This document shows, piece by piece, positions 18,092 through 26,144 of a stretch of 64,000 nucleotides of DNA; position 1 is the first letter of the stretch, and every line of letters begins with the position of its first letter. Source of the DNA: Kineosporiaceae bacterium (GTDB lineage Bacteria; Actinomycetota; Actinomycetes; Actinomycetales; Kineosporiaceae); contig JAXLRT010000023.1 in the NCBI GenBank assembly GCA_046330955.1, positions 17,925 to 81,924 of the forward strand, read 5' to 3'. The notes beneath the pieces are model-generated. The model was not told the origin of the DNA. It made no database searches and saw only the letters and a program-made list of their open reading frames with translations. A program made the position numbers and the translations under genes.

Positions 18092-18457
18092 TCAGAGTCG
18101 GTCAGGCCCGGGCGGCAGATCTCGGCGCATGCAGACGCGTGGCCACCGGTCCAGGCCATGAGCTACCTCGTGCTCGCGAATCGCCTGCAATCCAGGGCCG
18201 CAGGCGGCGTCGTCCACGATGCGAAAGCCGCAGTTGCGGGCGTAGTAGGGCGCATTCCACGGGACATCTCGGAAGGTGGTGAGCGTCAGCGCTGAGATCC
18301 CCCGGGCCGCTGCCTCCGCGGCGGCCCACTCGTCGGTGCTGTTCGTGGCGTTCGAGCGCCTCGTGCAGCGCCTCACGCATGGCCTCCGTGGCCGACGTCC
18401 CGCGCTGTGCGGCCAGGATCCTGGCCAACGTCGCACCTCGGGGTCCTTGATGCTCAT
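18092..18457 (-). pseudogene. Chimeric remnant: Rv0623/PSK-type VapB antitoxin N-terminus (frameshifted) joined to the C-terminal half of a GNAT acetyltransferase
   Basis: Frame 1 reads [10 protein letters not shown]. After a 1-nt slip the +1 frame reads [30 protein letters not shown]. From about 18330 the original frame reads [40 protein letters not shown]...[12 protein letters not shown], which is a GNAT C-terminus only. Confidence 0.55.
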
Positions 18458-18460
18458 GGC

Positions 18461-19213
18461 TCAATGCCACTGGCCGCGGTCGACGAGCACTTGTCGCAGG
18501 ACGGCGGGCCGGTCGGTCATCAGTCCGTCGACGCCCAGATCGAGCAGCCGGTGCATCTCGTCGGCGTCGTTGATGGTCCACGCGTGCACCTGCCAGCCCC
18601 GGCGACGGGCCCGGGCGACCGTGCGCGCCGTGACCACCTTCAGTCCTCGGTGGGTCACCGGGACCTGGGCCACCAGTGCCGAGGTGGCCATGGGGATTCC
18701 GCTGACCCAGGAGGCTGCCTCGCGGGTGCCGAGGCTGGTGCAGAGCTCCGAGCCCAGCGCCCGTCGGACCCGACGCAGCCGGGCGTCGCTGAACGAGCCG
18801 ATGCACACCCGGTGCAGGGCGGAGCACCTGCGGAGGGTGTCGACCAGGGCGGGGACGGCGCCGTCCACCTTGCAGTCGATGTTCCACCGGGCCTGCGGCC
18901 ACGCCCCGAGCAGATCCTCGAGCAGCGGGATCGGCGCCTGGCCCTCGACCAGGGCGGTGCGGACCTGGGACCACGGCAGCTGCGAGATCCGGCCGGGGCG
19001 AGCACAGGTGCGCGAGAGGTCCTCGTCGTGAAAGGCGACCAGCACGCCGTCCGCGGTCACGTGAACATCGGTCTCGAGGTAGGTGAAGCCGAGGCCGATG
19101 GCGTACTCGAAGGCGGGTGCGGTGTTCTCGGGGGCCTCGCTGGCTCCGCCGCGATGGGCGAACGCGAGCGGCCCGGGCCATTCCAGGTAGGGGTGCCTCG
19201 CCATGCCTCCCAT
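18461..19213 (-). CDS. Glycerophosphodiester phosphodiesterase
   Basis: LAFAHRGGASEAPENTAPAFEYAIGLGFTYLETDVHVTADGVLVAFHD is the GDPD signature. Confidence 0.92.
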   Translation of the reverse strand: MGGMARHPYLEWPGPLAFAHRGGASEAPENTAPAFEYAIGLGFTYLETDVHVTADGVLVAFHDEDLSRTCARPGRISQLPWSQVRTALVEGQAPIPLLEDLLGAWPQARWNIDCKVDGAVPALVDTLRRCSALHRVCIGSFSDARLRRVRRALGSELCTSLGTREAASWVSGIPMATSALVAQVPVTHRGLKVVTARTVARARRRGWQVHAWTINDADEMHRLLDLGVDGLMTDRPAVLRQVLVDRGQWH

Positions 19214-19216
19214 CGT

Positions 19217-19878
19217 TCACTGCCGCCCAGTGCTTCGCGGCAGCAGGGTCGAGAAGCACATCACGTTGTGCGCGCCGCAGGTGCCAGCCCAGGACGTTCG
19301 GGACGACGCACCACAGCAGGACGACGACGGGCAACGGTGCGGGAAACACCGTGCCCGACAGCAGGGACGTGGCGTTCGCGTAGAGGGTGAGCCAGTGCGC
19401 CGAGCCGCCGACGGGTGCGCCGAGCAGCGTAGTGACGCTCATCGGCACCACGATGGTCGCAGCCATGGCGAGTGGGGGACGTCGCACCAGCAATCCCCAC
19501 GCCGTGCCGGTGCACTGAGCGATCATCTGGACCAGCACGGCGCCCCAGCAGGCCGCGACGACGGTCGGCCATCCGCCACCGAGGGCCGTCGCGACGGCAG
19601 CGATCACCAGACCAGCGACCCCGACCCCACGGCCAGGCTCAGTGCGGCGCCCAGACGTCGTCCCAGCCGGGCATCCGGCCAGGCCGTCGGCTGGTGCACG
19701 GTGACCAGCAGGACGCCGACACCGTGAGTTGGACGGGGGAGATCACCTCCTGGAAGTCGGGGTTGGAGCGCGCGACGAGCCAGGCTGTGCCGGCCGCGAG
19801 CGCGAGCGTCACCGCGGTGAGGAGCGCCGTGCGCCGGGGCGGCACGTGCCACAGCTCGGGAGAGGGATCGAGGGCCAT
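19217..19878 (-). pseudogene. Polytopic membrane protein (ABC-2-permease-like), reading frame broken at least twice
   Basis: Three minus frames carry consecutive pieces: MALDPSPELWHVPPRRTALLTAVTLALAAG...EVISP, then HGVGVLLVTVHQPTAWPDARLGRRLGAALSLAVG, then VGVAGLVIAAVATALGGGWPTVV...VVPNVLGWHLRR. The switches fall at a C5 run (about 19735) and a G4 run (about 19613). The 3' end is unresolved, between 19217 and 19261. Confidence 0.45.
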
Positions 19879-19961
19879 GGGTTCACGATGCTGTGCCGAC
19901 TCGGGGCTGGGCAATCAGGTTCAGCTCACGGTGGTGGTGTAGGGCGCCGAAGGCGTGCGAA

Positions 19962-20426
19962 TCAGGAGGGTTCGTGGGATGGTCGAGCGAGGTAGGCGGT
20001 CTTCGCGTCTCCGCTGAACCCACAGGCTCGATAGAAGGCGTGGGTCGAGGGCGTGCGAGACCCGGTGAGCAGCATGGCCTTGTAACACCCGGCGTCCCAG
20101 GCCTTCTGCAGGCTCGCGGCCATGATCTGCTTGCCGAGGCCGGTGCCGCGCAGTGTCTCGTCGACGACCACGTTCTCGATGACGGCGTAGGGGATGACGG
20201 CGTAGGGGGAGGCGGACCGGGTGAGGTTGGGGATGATGTTCACGTAGGTGGTCGCGGCCATGGCTCCCTGGACCTCGAGTACCAGCAGGTGCAGGCCCTC
20301 CGTCTGCAAGATCGTGTCGAAGGCCCGGCGGGCAGCTCCATCCTCGAGAATGGGATCGGAGGGGTGCAGTTGGCGGTAGAGGCGCACGATGGCCTGGAAG
20401 TCCTCCGGCACGGCCTCACGAATCAC
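19962..20426 (-). CDS. GNAT family N-acetyltransferase
   Basis: 154 aa with the motif VDETLRGTGLGKQIM. It contains an in-frame PYAVI duplication. Confidence 0.88.
   Translation of the reverse strand: MIREAVPEDFQAIVRLYRQLHPSDPILEDGAARRAFDTILQTEGLHLLVLEVQGAMAATTYVNIIPNLTRSASPYAVIPYAVIENVVVDETLRGTGLGKQIMAASLQKAWDAGCYKAMLLTGSRTPSTHAFYRACGFSGDAKTAYLARPSHEPS
20178..20207. repeat. Perfect 15-bp tandem duplication inside the GNAT gene
   Basis: GATGACGGCGTAGGG occurs twice, head to tail, at 20178-20192 and 20193-20207. It encodes PYAVI-PYAVI on the minus strand. Confidence 0.9.
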
Positions 20427-20504
20427 GGGCGCACGTTAGCAGCGGCCTGGCCTGCCACTCTGAGACTGCCTTGCATGTGACGGCACTGCGGAAAGGAGGC
20501 CATC

Positions 20505-20768
20505 ATCACGGTCCGGAATCTGGATCCCCGTGTTTGGCAACGGATCCGACAGCGCGCCGCCTCGAACAATCGTTCGGTGAAAGCCGAGGTTCGGGAGAGG
20601 CTCCCGCCCGCCGTCCGCGGCAACGAACGAAACCTGGCGCGAGCCTGGGTCGAGGCGACCAGGGCTCTGCGGGGTGCCGCTCTCGAGCTCCCGGATCGCT
20701 CGCTGCCCCGGGAGCTGGGCGCATCTGATGACCATCCTGGACGCGAGAATTCCGGTCCGATCCACTGA
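20505..20768 (+). CDS. FitA/VapB-type ribbon-helix-helix antitoxin; no ATG/GTG/TTG start is available, so it is either ATC-initiated or inactivated
   Basis: Manual translation in the frame of track ORF 20577..20768, extended upstream, gives (I)ITVRNLDPRVWQRIRQRAASNNRSVKAEVRERL...ARAWVEATRALRGAALELPDRSLPRELGA. The strong SD GAAAGGAGG (20491-20499) lies 5 nt before ATC 20505. An in-frame stop sits at 20478. Confidence 0.6.
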   Translation: MTVRNLDPRVWQRIRQRAASNNRSVKAEVRERLPPAVRGNERNLARAWVEATRALRGAALELPDRSLPRELGASDDHPGRENSGPIH

Positions 20769-20889
20769 GGCAGCTAAGGGTGGGGGGGACCGGAGGTGGG
20801 GCACCTGTCGTGCCCGAATTCGTTTAACTAACATAATGTGCATTATCGGCGTTGAGTTCTCCTGTGGAGGCCAGGGCGCCGGCCGGTAA
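20728..20889 (+). pseudogene. Possible vestige of the cognate PIN (VapC/FitB) toxin: only the first codons (MTILDA...) look PIN-like
   Basis: ATG 20728 sits in a TGATG context at the 3' end of the antitoxin ORF, the position where vapC normally starts. The similarity fades after about 8 residues. A hairpin at 20799-20815 and an AT-rich patch follow. Confidence 0.3.
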
Positions 20890-20930
20890 AAAGGTGGCAT
20901 CCGGTCGATCGATCCAGCAACATCGCGACG

Positions 20931-21860
20931 ATGACCCTGCACCATGACGAGCTGGCCGTGGACCTCCTGCTGGTCCGCAGGTTGCTCGCTCGATCACTGC
21001 CGTCGCAGGCGTCTGCGCCACTGGAGCCGTTGACGGCGTCAGGATCATCGAATGTCCTGTTTCGCCTGGGCGACGATCTGCTCGTCCGGTTGCCCCGCCA
21101 GCCGGGCGGGTCGGTGACGATCGCGAAGGAGGCACGGTGGCTGCCGGTGATCGCGGCCGGCCTGACCATGGCGGTCCCGGAGGTCGTCGCCGTCGGCGAA
21201 CCCGGGTTCGGGTATCCGGAGACCTGGCTGGTCACCCGCTGGCTCGACGGACGCCTGCCAGGGGTTCCGTGGGACGAGACGGCGGGTGGCTCATCTCGTC
21301 GGCTGGCCGAGGACCTGGCAACTCTGGTCACCGAGTTGCGCCGTGTGCCGATGCCGGCCGAGGCGCTCGAGGACCCCGCGCTGTCCGGGTATCGCGGCTC
21401 GCCGTTGGCCGAACTCGACGAGGACTTTCACGAAGCCGTGCGCGCGTGCCGTGCCATCGGCGGCCTCGGACTGGACCTCGACAAGGCCCAGCGGGTGTGG
21501 CGGACGGCGCTCGCCGCCGAACAGCAGCTCGAGCCGGTCGTGAGCTGGTACCACGGCGACCTGCTGGCAGAGAACCTCCTGATCAGGGACGGCCGGCTGG
21601 CCGCCGTCCTGGACTTCGGTGGACTCGCCGTCGGCGACCCGTCCGTCGACCTCGTCGTCGCCTGGGAGGTGTTGGATCGTAGCGGCCGCGACACCTTCCG
21701 GCGCGCGCTGCATCTCGACGAGCTGTCGTGGGCGAAGTCGATGGGTTGGGCGCTGCTGATCGCCATGATCACCTTCCCGTACTACTGGGAGACCATGCCG
21801 GCGCGTTGCGCCGCACGCCGCGCCATGGCCGCCGCGGTGCTCGACGACTCCCCCGGCTGA
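20931..21860 (+). CDS. Aminoglycoside/antibiotic phosphotransferase (APH) family kinase
   Basis: The catalytic loop WYHGDLLAENLLI (HGDxxxxN) and LDFGGLAVGDP are present. Confidence 0.88.
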   Translation: MTLHHDELAVDLLLVRRLLARSLPSQASAPLEPLTASGSSNVLFRLGDDLLVRLPRQPGGSVTIAKEARWLPVIAAGLTMAVPEVVAVGEPGFGYPETWLVTRWLDGRLPGVPWDETAGGSSRRLAEDLATLVTELRRVPMPAEALEDPALSGYRGSPLAELDEDFHEAVRACRAIGGLGLDLDKAQRVWRTALAAEQQLEPVVSWYHGDLLAENLLIRDGRLAAVLDFGGLAVGDPSVDLVVAWEVLDRSGRDTFRRALHLDELSWAKSMGWALLIAMITFPYYWETMPARCAARRAMAAAVLDDSPG

Positions 21861-21908
21861 ACCATCGCGGCTGAACCAACCTGGTGCGTCTCGCATGGTG
21901 AGATTTCG

Positions 21909-21926
21909 ACGTCCCAGCTGGGACGT
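21909..21926. terminator. Palindrome ACGTCCCAGCTGGGACGT between convergent transcription units (candidate bidirectional terminator)
   Basis: Read directly from the sequence. It is followed by TTTC on the plus strand. It lies 49 nt after the APH stop and 2 nt after the stop of the 68-codon minus ORF. Confidence 0.45.
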
Positions 21927-22133
21927 TTCACCGCCGGACGGCGGCCGCTCGGCCGACGTCGCGGCGAAGATCCCGCCGCTCGTTGAGCGGTCGGAAGCCT
22001 GCCGCCGTATAGGTCGCCACACCCGTCCACCACGCCGCCACGTCCGGGTGGCCGCAGCCGTCGTCGTGGCCCCGAACCGCCCCAACCAGCCCAGATCCCC
22101 CGGGTGCAGCTGAATCGATGCGTCGTCGTGTCA

Positions 22134-22742
22134 TCAGCCGTGTTTGCGGGCGTGGACCCGTTCGATGGCGCCCAGGGTGAGGCGTTCGGCGTCCACGATC
22201 TCGACCTCGAAACCTCGCAGCACCGGCAGCGGACGCCGCGTGAAGTGTTCGCCGTGCAGCGGCACACTCACCAGCTCCACCAGGTGCTGCAGAACGCGTA
22301 CCGGGACGACGGTGGCCGCGACATGGTCGGCCAGCAGGAGCTCTCCCCCGGGCCGCAGCACCCGAACCGCCTCGGCCAGCGCCGCCCGCTCATCGGGCAC
22401 ACAGCACATCGCGAACGTGCACACCACGCTGTCGAAGGAGGCGTCATCGAACGGCAGCGCGGCGGCGTCCGCCTGATGCAGCGGCACCGAACGGGCGAGC
22501 GCCCCGGCCCGCCGCCCGGCCAGCTGCAGCATGGCGGGGCTGAAGTCGACGCCGGTGAGCCTGACCTCGGGCGCGTAGTAGCCGAAGTTCGCGCCGGTCC
22601 CGACAGCCACCTCGAGCGTGGCGCCCTGCGCACGAGTGCACACCCAGTCACGGCTCGCGGCGAGGATCCTGCGCTCGATCGCCGAGGTGCGTCGGTCGTA
22701 GCTGCCCGCCTGCCGATCCCAGAACGCGACCCGCGAAGGCAT
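22134..22742 (-). CDS. Class I SAM-dependent methyltransferase
   Basis: Motif I is LEVAVGTGAN, with ...LRPGGELLLADH later. The start is ATG 22742 (MPSRVAFWDRQAGSYD), 2 nt after the upstream GNAT stop. Confidence 0.88.
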   Translation of the reverse strand: MPSRVAFWDRQAGSYDRRTSAIERRILAASRDWVCTRAQGATLEVAVGTGANFGYYAPEVRLTGVDFSPAMLQLAGRRAGALARSVPLHQADAAALPFDDASFDSVVCTFAMCCVPDERAALAEAVRVLRPGGELLLADHVAATVVPVRVLQHLVELVSVPLHGEHFTRRPLPVLRGFEVEIVDAERLTLGAIERVHARKHG

Positions 22743-22744
22743 GC

Positions 22745-23206
22745 TCACAGCTCCCGCTCGAAGCAGACCATCAACGGCCCCCCGTCGCCTTCGGTGCGGC
22801 GAAAACCAGTCGCGGCGTAGAGATGTCGCGCGGCGACGTCGTCCTCGCTGGTCACCAGGTCGATGTAGTCCGCCCCGCGTTCGCGCGCCTGGTGCAGGCA
22901 AGCACCCATCAGCGCGCGGCCGATACCGGTGCCCCGCCGCTCCGGCACGACGTACAGCTCGGCCAGATAGGCCTCGAGCTGGTCGCTCCAGATCGACTTG
23001 CGCAGCCGGACGACGGCGATGCCGGTCGAGCCCTCGGCGAGCAGGACGACGGTGTCGCCGTCCGCGATCAGCTCGGCCAGACGCTCGGCGAGCCGCGCCG
23101 CACCGGGAGTCGGTTCGTCGTACTCGCGGTTGAACACATCCAGCAGCCGTCCCGCCTCGGCGAGGGCGGTGTCGTCGTCGTGGGTCACCAGCTGGACGGC
23201 GGTCAT
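22745..23206 (-). CDS. GNAT family N-acetyltransferase
   Basis: VVPERRGTGIGRALM is present. The start is ATG 23206 (MTAVQLVTHDDD). Confidence 0.88.
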   Translation of the reverse strand: MTAVQLVTHDDDTALAEAGRLLDVFNREYDEPTPGAARLAERLAELIADGDTVVLLAEGSTGIAVVRLRKSIWSDQLEAYLAELYVVPERRGTGIGRALMGACLHQARERGADYIDLVTSEDDVAARHLYAATGFRRTEGDGGPLMVCFEREL

Positions 23207-23279
23207 CACCTCACCGTAGGCGCCGCCGACCGGCACGGCGAGTGTGCTCGCGGCGGCGAATCCCGGCAGAGTGGACATC

Positions 23280-23810
23280 ATGAGCGAGGCAGATCTCACC
23301 GCTGACACCGAACCAGGGCCGGACGACCTCGCCGGTGCCGAGCGCTGGATCGGCTATCTGGACTGGCTGCGCAGCGACATCATCCGGGCCGTGTTGGCAC
23401 TGTCACCCCAGGAGCAGCGCCACTCACGATTGACCTCCGGGTGGACGCCGCTCGAACTTCTCTCGCATGTCCTCCACATGGAGCAACGCTGGTTCGTGTG
23501 GGGCTTCCTGGCCGAACCGGTCGACGAGCCCTACGGCGACTGGACGCCGCACCACACGCACTGGCAGGTACCGGCCGAGGTGACCGCCGAACGGCTCGTC
23601 GCGCGGCTGGAGCAGGTGGCCGACCGCACCCGCACCGTGATCCGCCGTCACGGCATGGCCACCCCGGCGGCGCCGGGCGGACGGTTCGAGACCGCCCCGA
23701 CGCCAACCCTCGAGTGGATCTGCCTGCACGTCGTGGCCGAGTACGCCCGACACGCGGGCCACCTCGACATCGTGTCCGAACTCGCGAACGGTGCGAACCC
23801 CGAGAGCTGA
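23280..23810 (+). CDS. DinB family / DUF664 (mycothiol-transferase-like) protein
   Basis: ERWIGYLDWLRSDIIRAV...WTPLELLSHVLHMEQRWF...HVVAEYARHAGHLDIV. The start is ATG 23280. Confidence 0.8.
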   Translation: MSEADLTADTEPGPDDLAGAERWIGYLDWLRSDIIRAVLALSPQEQRHSRLTSGWTPLELLSHVLHMEQRWFVWGFLAEPVDEPYGDWTPHHTHWQVPAEVTAERLVARLEQVADRTRTVIRRHGMATPAAPGGRFETAPTPTLEWICLHVVAEYARHAGHLDIVSELANGANPES

Positions 23811-23831
23811 GACCGCGAAGACCGAGTGAGG

Positions 23832-26144
23832 TCAGACCCCCTCGATCTGGGCGAACACCGCCTCGAACCCCGCCAGCGCATCATCGATCACCGCATCGGT
23901 GTCGGCCATCGAGGTGTAGAGCCGCGACCCCGCCAGGGTGATGATGCCGTGCGCCGTGTACGCGGCCCCCAGCTGCTCCATCAACGTCTTGCGGGCCTTG
24001 TTCTCCTTGAGCAGTTTCACGGGGTGGTGCATGTCGAGCAGCATCACGCCGCTGCTCTCGAGGTGCACGATCGATCCGGTGTTGTAGGCGACGTAGGGCA
24101 GCCCGAACCGGTCGATCAGCCGCTGCAGCCCCCGCGTGAGCCGGTCCCCCGCCCGCCCGGCGATCACCGGGGCATTGGTACGCGCCAGCTCCTCGATGGC
24201 GAAATACCCTGCGGCACAGGACAACGGGTTCGCCGACAGCGTGCCACCCACCTGCACGTGGGCACCGTTCTTGCCGTCCAGCCCCGACCCGTACACCGCC
24301 ATGACCTCGGCGCGCCCGCCCACTCCCCCGGCCATCGGGTACCCGCCGGCGACCGCCTTGCCGAACACCGTCAGATCCGGTGTCACGCCGAAGTACCCGG
24401 CCGCCCCGCCCAGTCCGATCCGGAACCCGGTGACCACCTCGTCGAAGATCAACAGGGCGCCGAACTCGTCACACAACTCGCGCACCCGGGCGTTGAAATC
24501 CCGTGGTGCGGGACGGGTTCCGGATTCCGGCCCGAGTGGCTCGACGATCACGGCCGCCGTCCCGCCCCGGGCGCGGTTCTCGATCAGCTTGCGGCGCAAC
24601 GCCCCCACGTCGTGCGGGAACGCCTCGCGGGTGTTGAGCGTGGCCCCGAACGGGATGCCCTTGGCGTTCATCCGATAGGTCCCCGGCACGCGCAACCCGT
24701 AGACCATGGTGTCCGACCAGCCGTGATAGGCGCCGCCCACCTTGATCACCATGTTCTTGCCGGTGAACGCCCGAGCCCCCCGGACGGCGGCCATCACCGC
24801 CTCGGTGCCCGAGGCCAGCGAGCGGTACAGCTGCACGTGTGGCATGAACCGGTGGATGATCTCGGCCAGCTTCAGCTCGTACTCGTGGAACAACCCGGTC
24901 ACCGGCCCCGACTCGCGGATCACCTCCGCCACCCGCTCGTTGACCGGCCCGTAGTTGCTGCCCAGGATCGTCGGCCCACCCGCCTGCAGGAAGTCGATGT
25001 AGGAGTTGCCGTCGTGATCGGTCAGGTAGGCGCCCTCGGCCCGGGAGATCGCCAGCGGGAACGGGTAGTTGAACGCCAGATTGTGTTGCACCCCACCGGG
25101 AATACGCCGCGCGGCCCGCTCGGTGATCGCCTTGCTGGCCGGGCACTTGGTCTCGAAGTAGCCCAGCACGTCGAGCAGGGCGGCGTGCCGCAGCCCCCGC
25201 ACCGGCTGGTCGACCAGCGCCTTCAACCGGCGCATGGTGTCCTCGACGTCCGGGTAGTCGCTGATCGCGTACCCCAGCCGGGCCGACTCGCTGCCGGCCA
25301 CCTCGACGACGGCGGTCTCGGGGCGCAGCGCCGGCGCCGTTGCGAACCGCGCCGCGGCGGCGTCCGCGCTCGGCAACTCCTCCTCGACCGCCACCCGCAC
25401 CGGCGGCACGCTGCGGGTGACCTGCGCCGCGATCCGCTTCTCGTCCGACCGCAGCTTGGTCAGGGCGACCTCACGGATCGCCGCCGGAATGGTGTAGACC
25501 TTGCCCGCCTCGGTGGTCAGCGCCAGTAGATAGGCGATCGAGACCTTCTCCAGCAGCGCCATGTTGAAGACCGCCCGCTCGGGGTCGGTGCCGACCGCGA
25601 TGATGCCGTGGTTGGCGATGATGAAGGCGTTCGCTCCCCCGGCCACCTGCTGCTGGACGTTCCTGGCGAGGAGCGACGTCCCGGACGGCGCGTAGTCGAT
25701 GATCGCGACCTTCTTGCCCAGGAAGCGCACCTGTTCGTCGGTCAGGGCCGGGATCTCGCGCCGCAGGAACGCCAGCGCCGAGGCGTACGGCTGGTGGGTG
25801 TGCACGATCGCGTTCACGTCCGGCCGGGTGCGGTAGATGTTCGCGTGCATACCGCACTCGATGGACGGCGCGAGCCCGGCTCCCCCGGTGTCCGGTACCG
25901 GCCGGCCGCGGAAGTCGACGATGCACACGTCCTCGGGACGCATCCGGTCGTAGGCGTAGTTGCTGGGGGTCACCGCATAGCGCTCGTGGCCGGGAACCCG
26001 AACCGAGACATTGCCCTCGGTCGCCTTGAGATACCCGCGCTCGAGCATCGTGTGACACATCTGGACGACGTGCCGCCGCGTGGTCTCGTGCTCCACGATC
26101 AACCTCCAGGTCTCGGTGACCCCTCGATGATGACTTGTTCTCAT
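23832..26144 (-). CDS. Fusion protein: class II aldolase/adducin domain (N-terminal) + class III (GSA-aminomutase-like) PLP aminotransferase (C-terminal)
   Basis: The N-terminal half carries ERGYLKATEGNVSVRV...IVHTHQPYASALA...IANHGIIAVG. The C-terminal half carries ASGTEAVMAAVRGARAFTG...LLIFDEVVTGFR...TVFGKAVAGGYPMAG (PLP lysine). I prefer the start ATG 26144. The track start at 26204 is TTG. Confidence 0.85.
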   Translation of the reverse strand: MRTSHHRGVTETWRLIVEHETTRRHVVQMCHTMLERGYLKATEGNVSVRVPGHERYAVTPSNYAYDRMRPEDVCIVDFRGRPVPDTGGAGLAPSIECGMHANIYRTRPDVNAIVHTHQPYASALAFLRREIPALTDEQVRFLGKKVAIIDYAPSGTSLLARNVQQQVAGGANAFIIANHGIIAVGTDPERAVFNMALLEKVSIAYLLALTTEAGKVYTIPAAIREVALTKLRSDEKRIAAQVTRSVPPVRVAVEEELPSADAAAARFATAPALRPETAVVEVAGSESARLGYAISDYPDVEDTMRRLKALVDQPVRGLRHAALLDVLGYFETKCPASKAITERAARRIPGGVQHNLAFNYPFPLAISRAEGAYLTDHDGNSYIDFLQAGGPTILGSNYGPVNERVAEVIRESGPVTGLFHEYELKLAEIIHRFMPHVQLYRSLASGTEAVMAAVRGARAFTGKNMVIKVGGAYHGWSDTMVYGLRVPGTYRMNAKGIPFGATLNTREAFPHDVGALRRKLIENRARGGTAAVIVEPLGPESGTRPAPRDFNARVRELCDEFGALLIFDEVVTGFRIGLGGAAGYFGVTPDLTVFGKAVAGGYPMAGGVGGRAEVMAVYGSGLDGKNGAHVQVGGTLSANPLSCAAGYFAIEELARTNAPVIAGRAGDRLTRGLQRLIDRFGLPYVAYNTGSIVHLESSGVMLLDMHHPVKLLKENKARKTLMEQLGAAYTAHGIITLAGSRLYTSMADTDAVIDDALAGFEAVFAQIEGV

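Noticed and set aside
18102-19607. 501-aa minus-strand ORF spanning the GDPD gene and the TA/GNAT remnant.
   Set aside because: Only its first 125 aa or so look like a real (membrane) protein. The rest runs out of frame through a well-supported GDPD gene. I interpret it as read-through caused by a lost or shifted stop.
20577-20768. Track ORF of 63 aa starting at GTG 20577, taken as an independent small gene.
   Set aside because: It is the C-terminal two thirds of the RHH antitoxin reading frame. The RHH strand and helices lie upstream of that GTG, and there is no SD in front of it.
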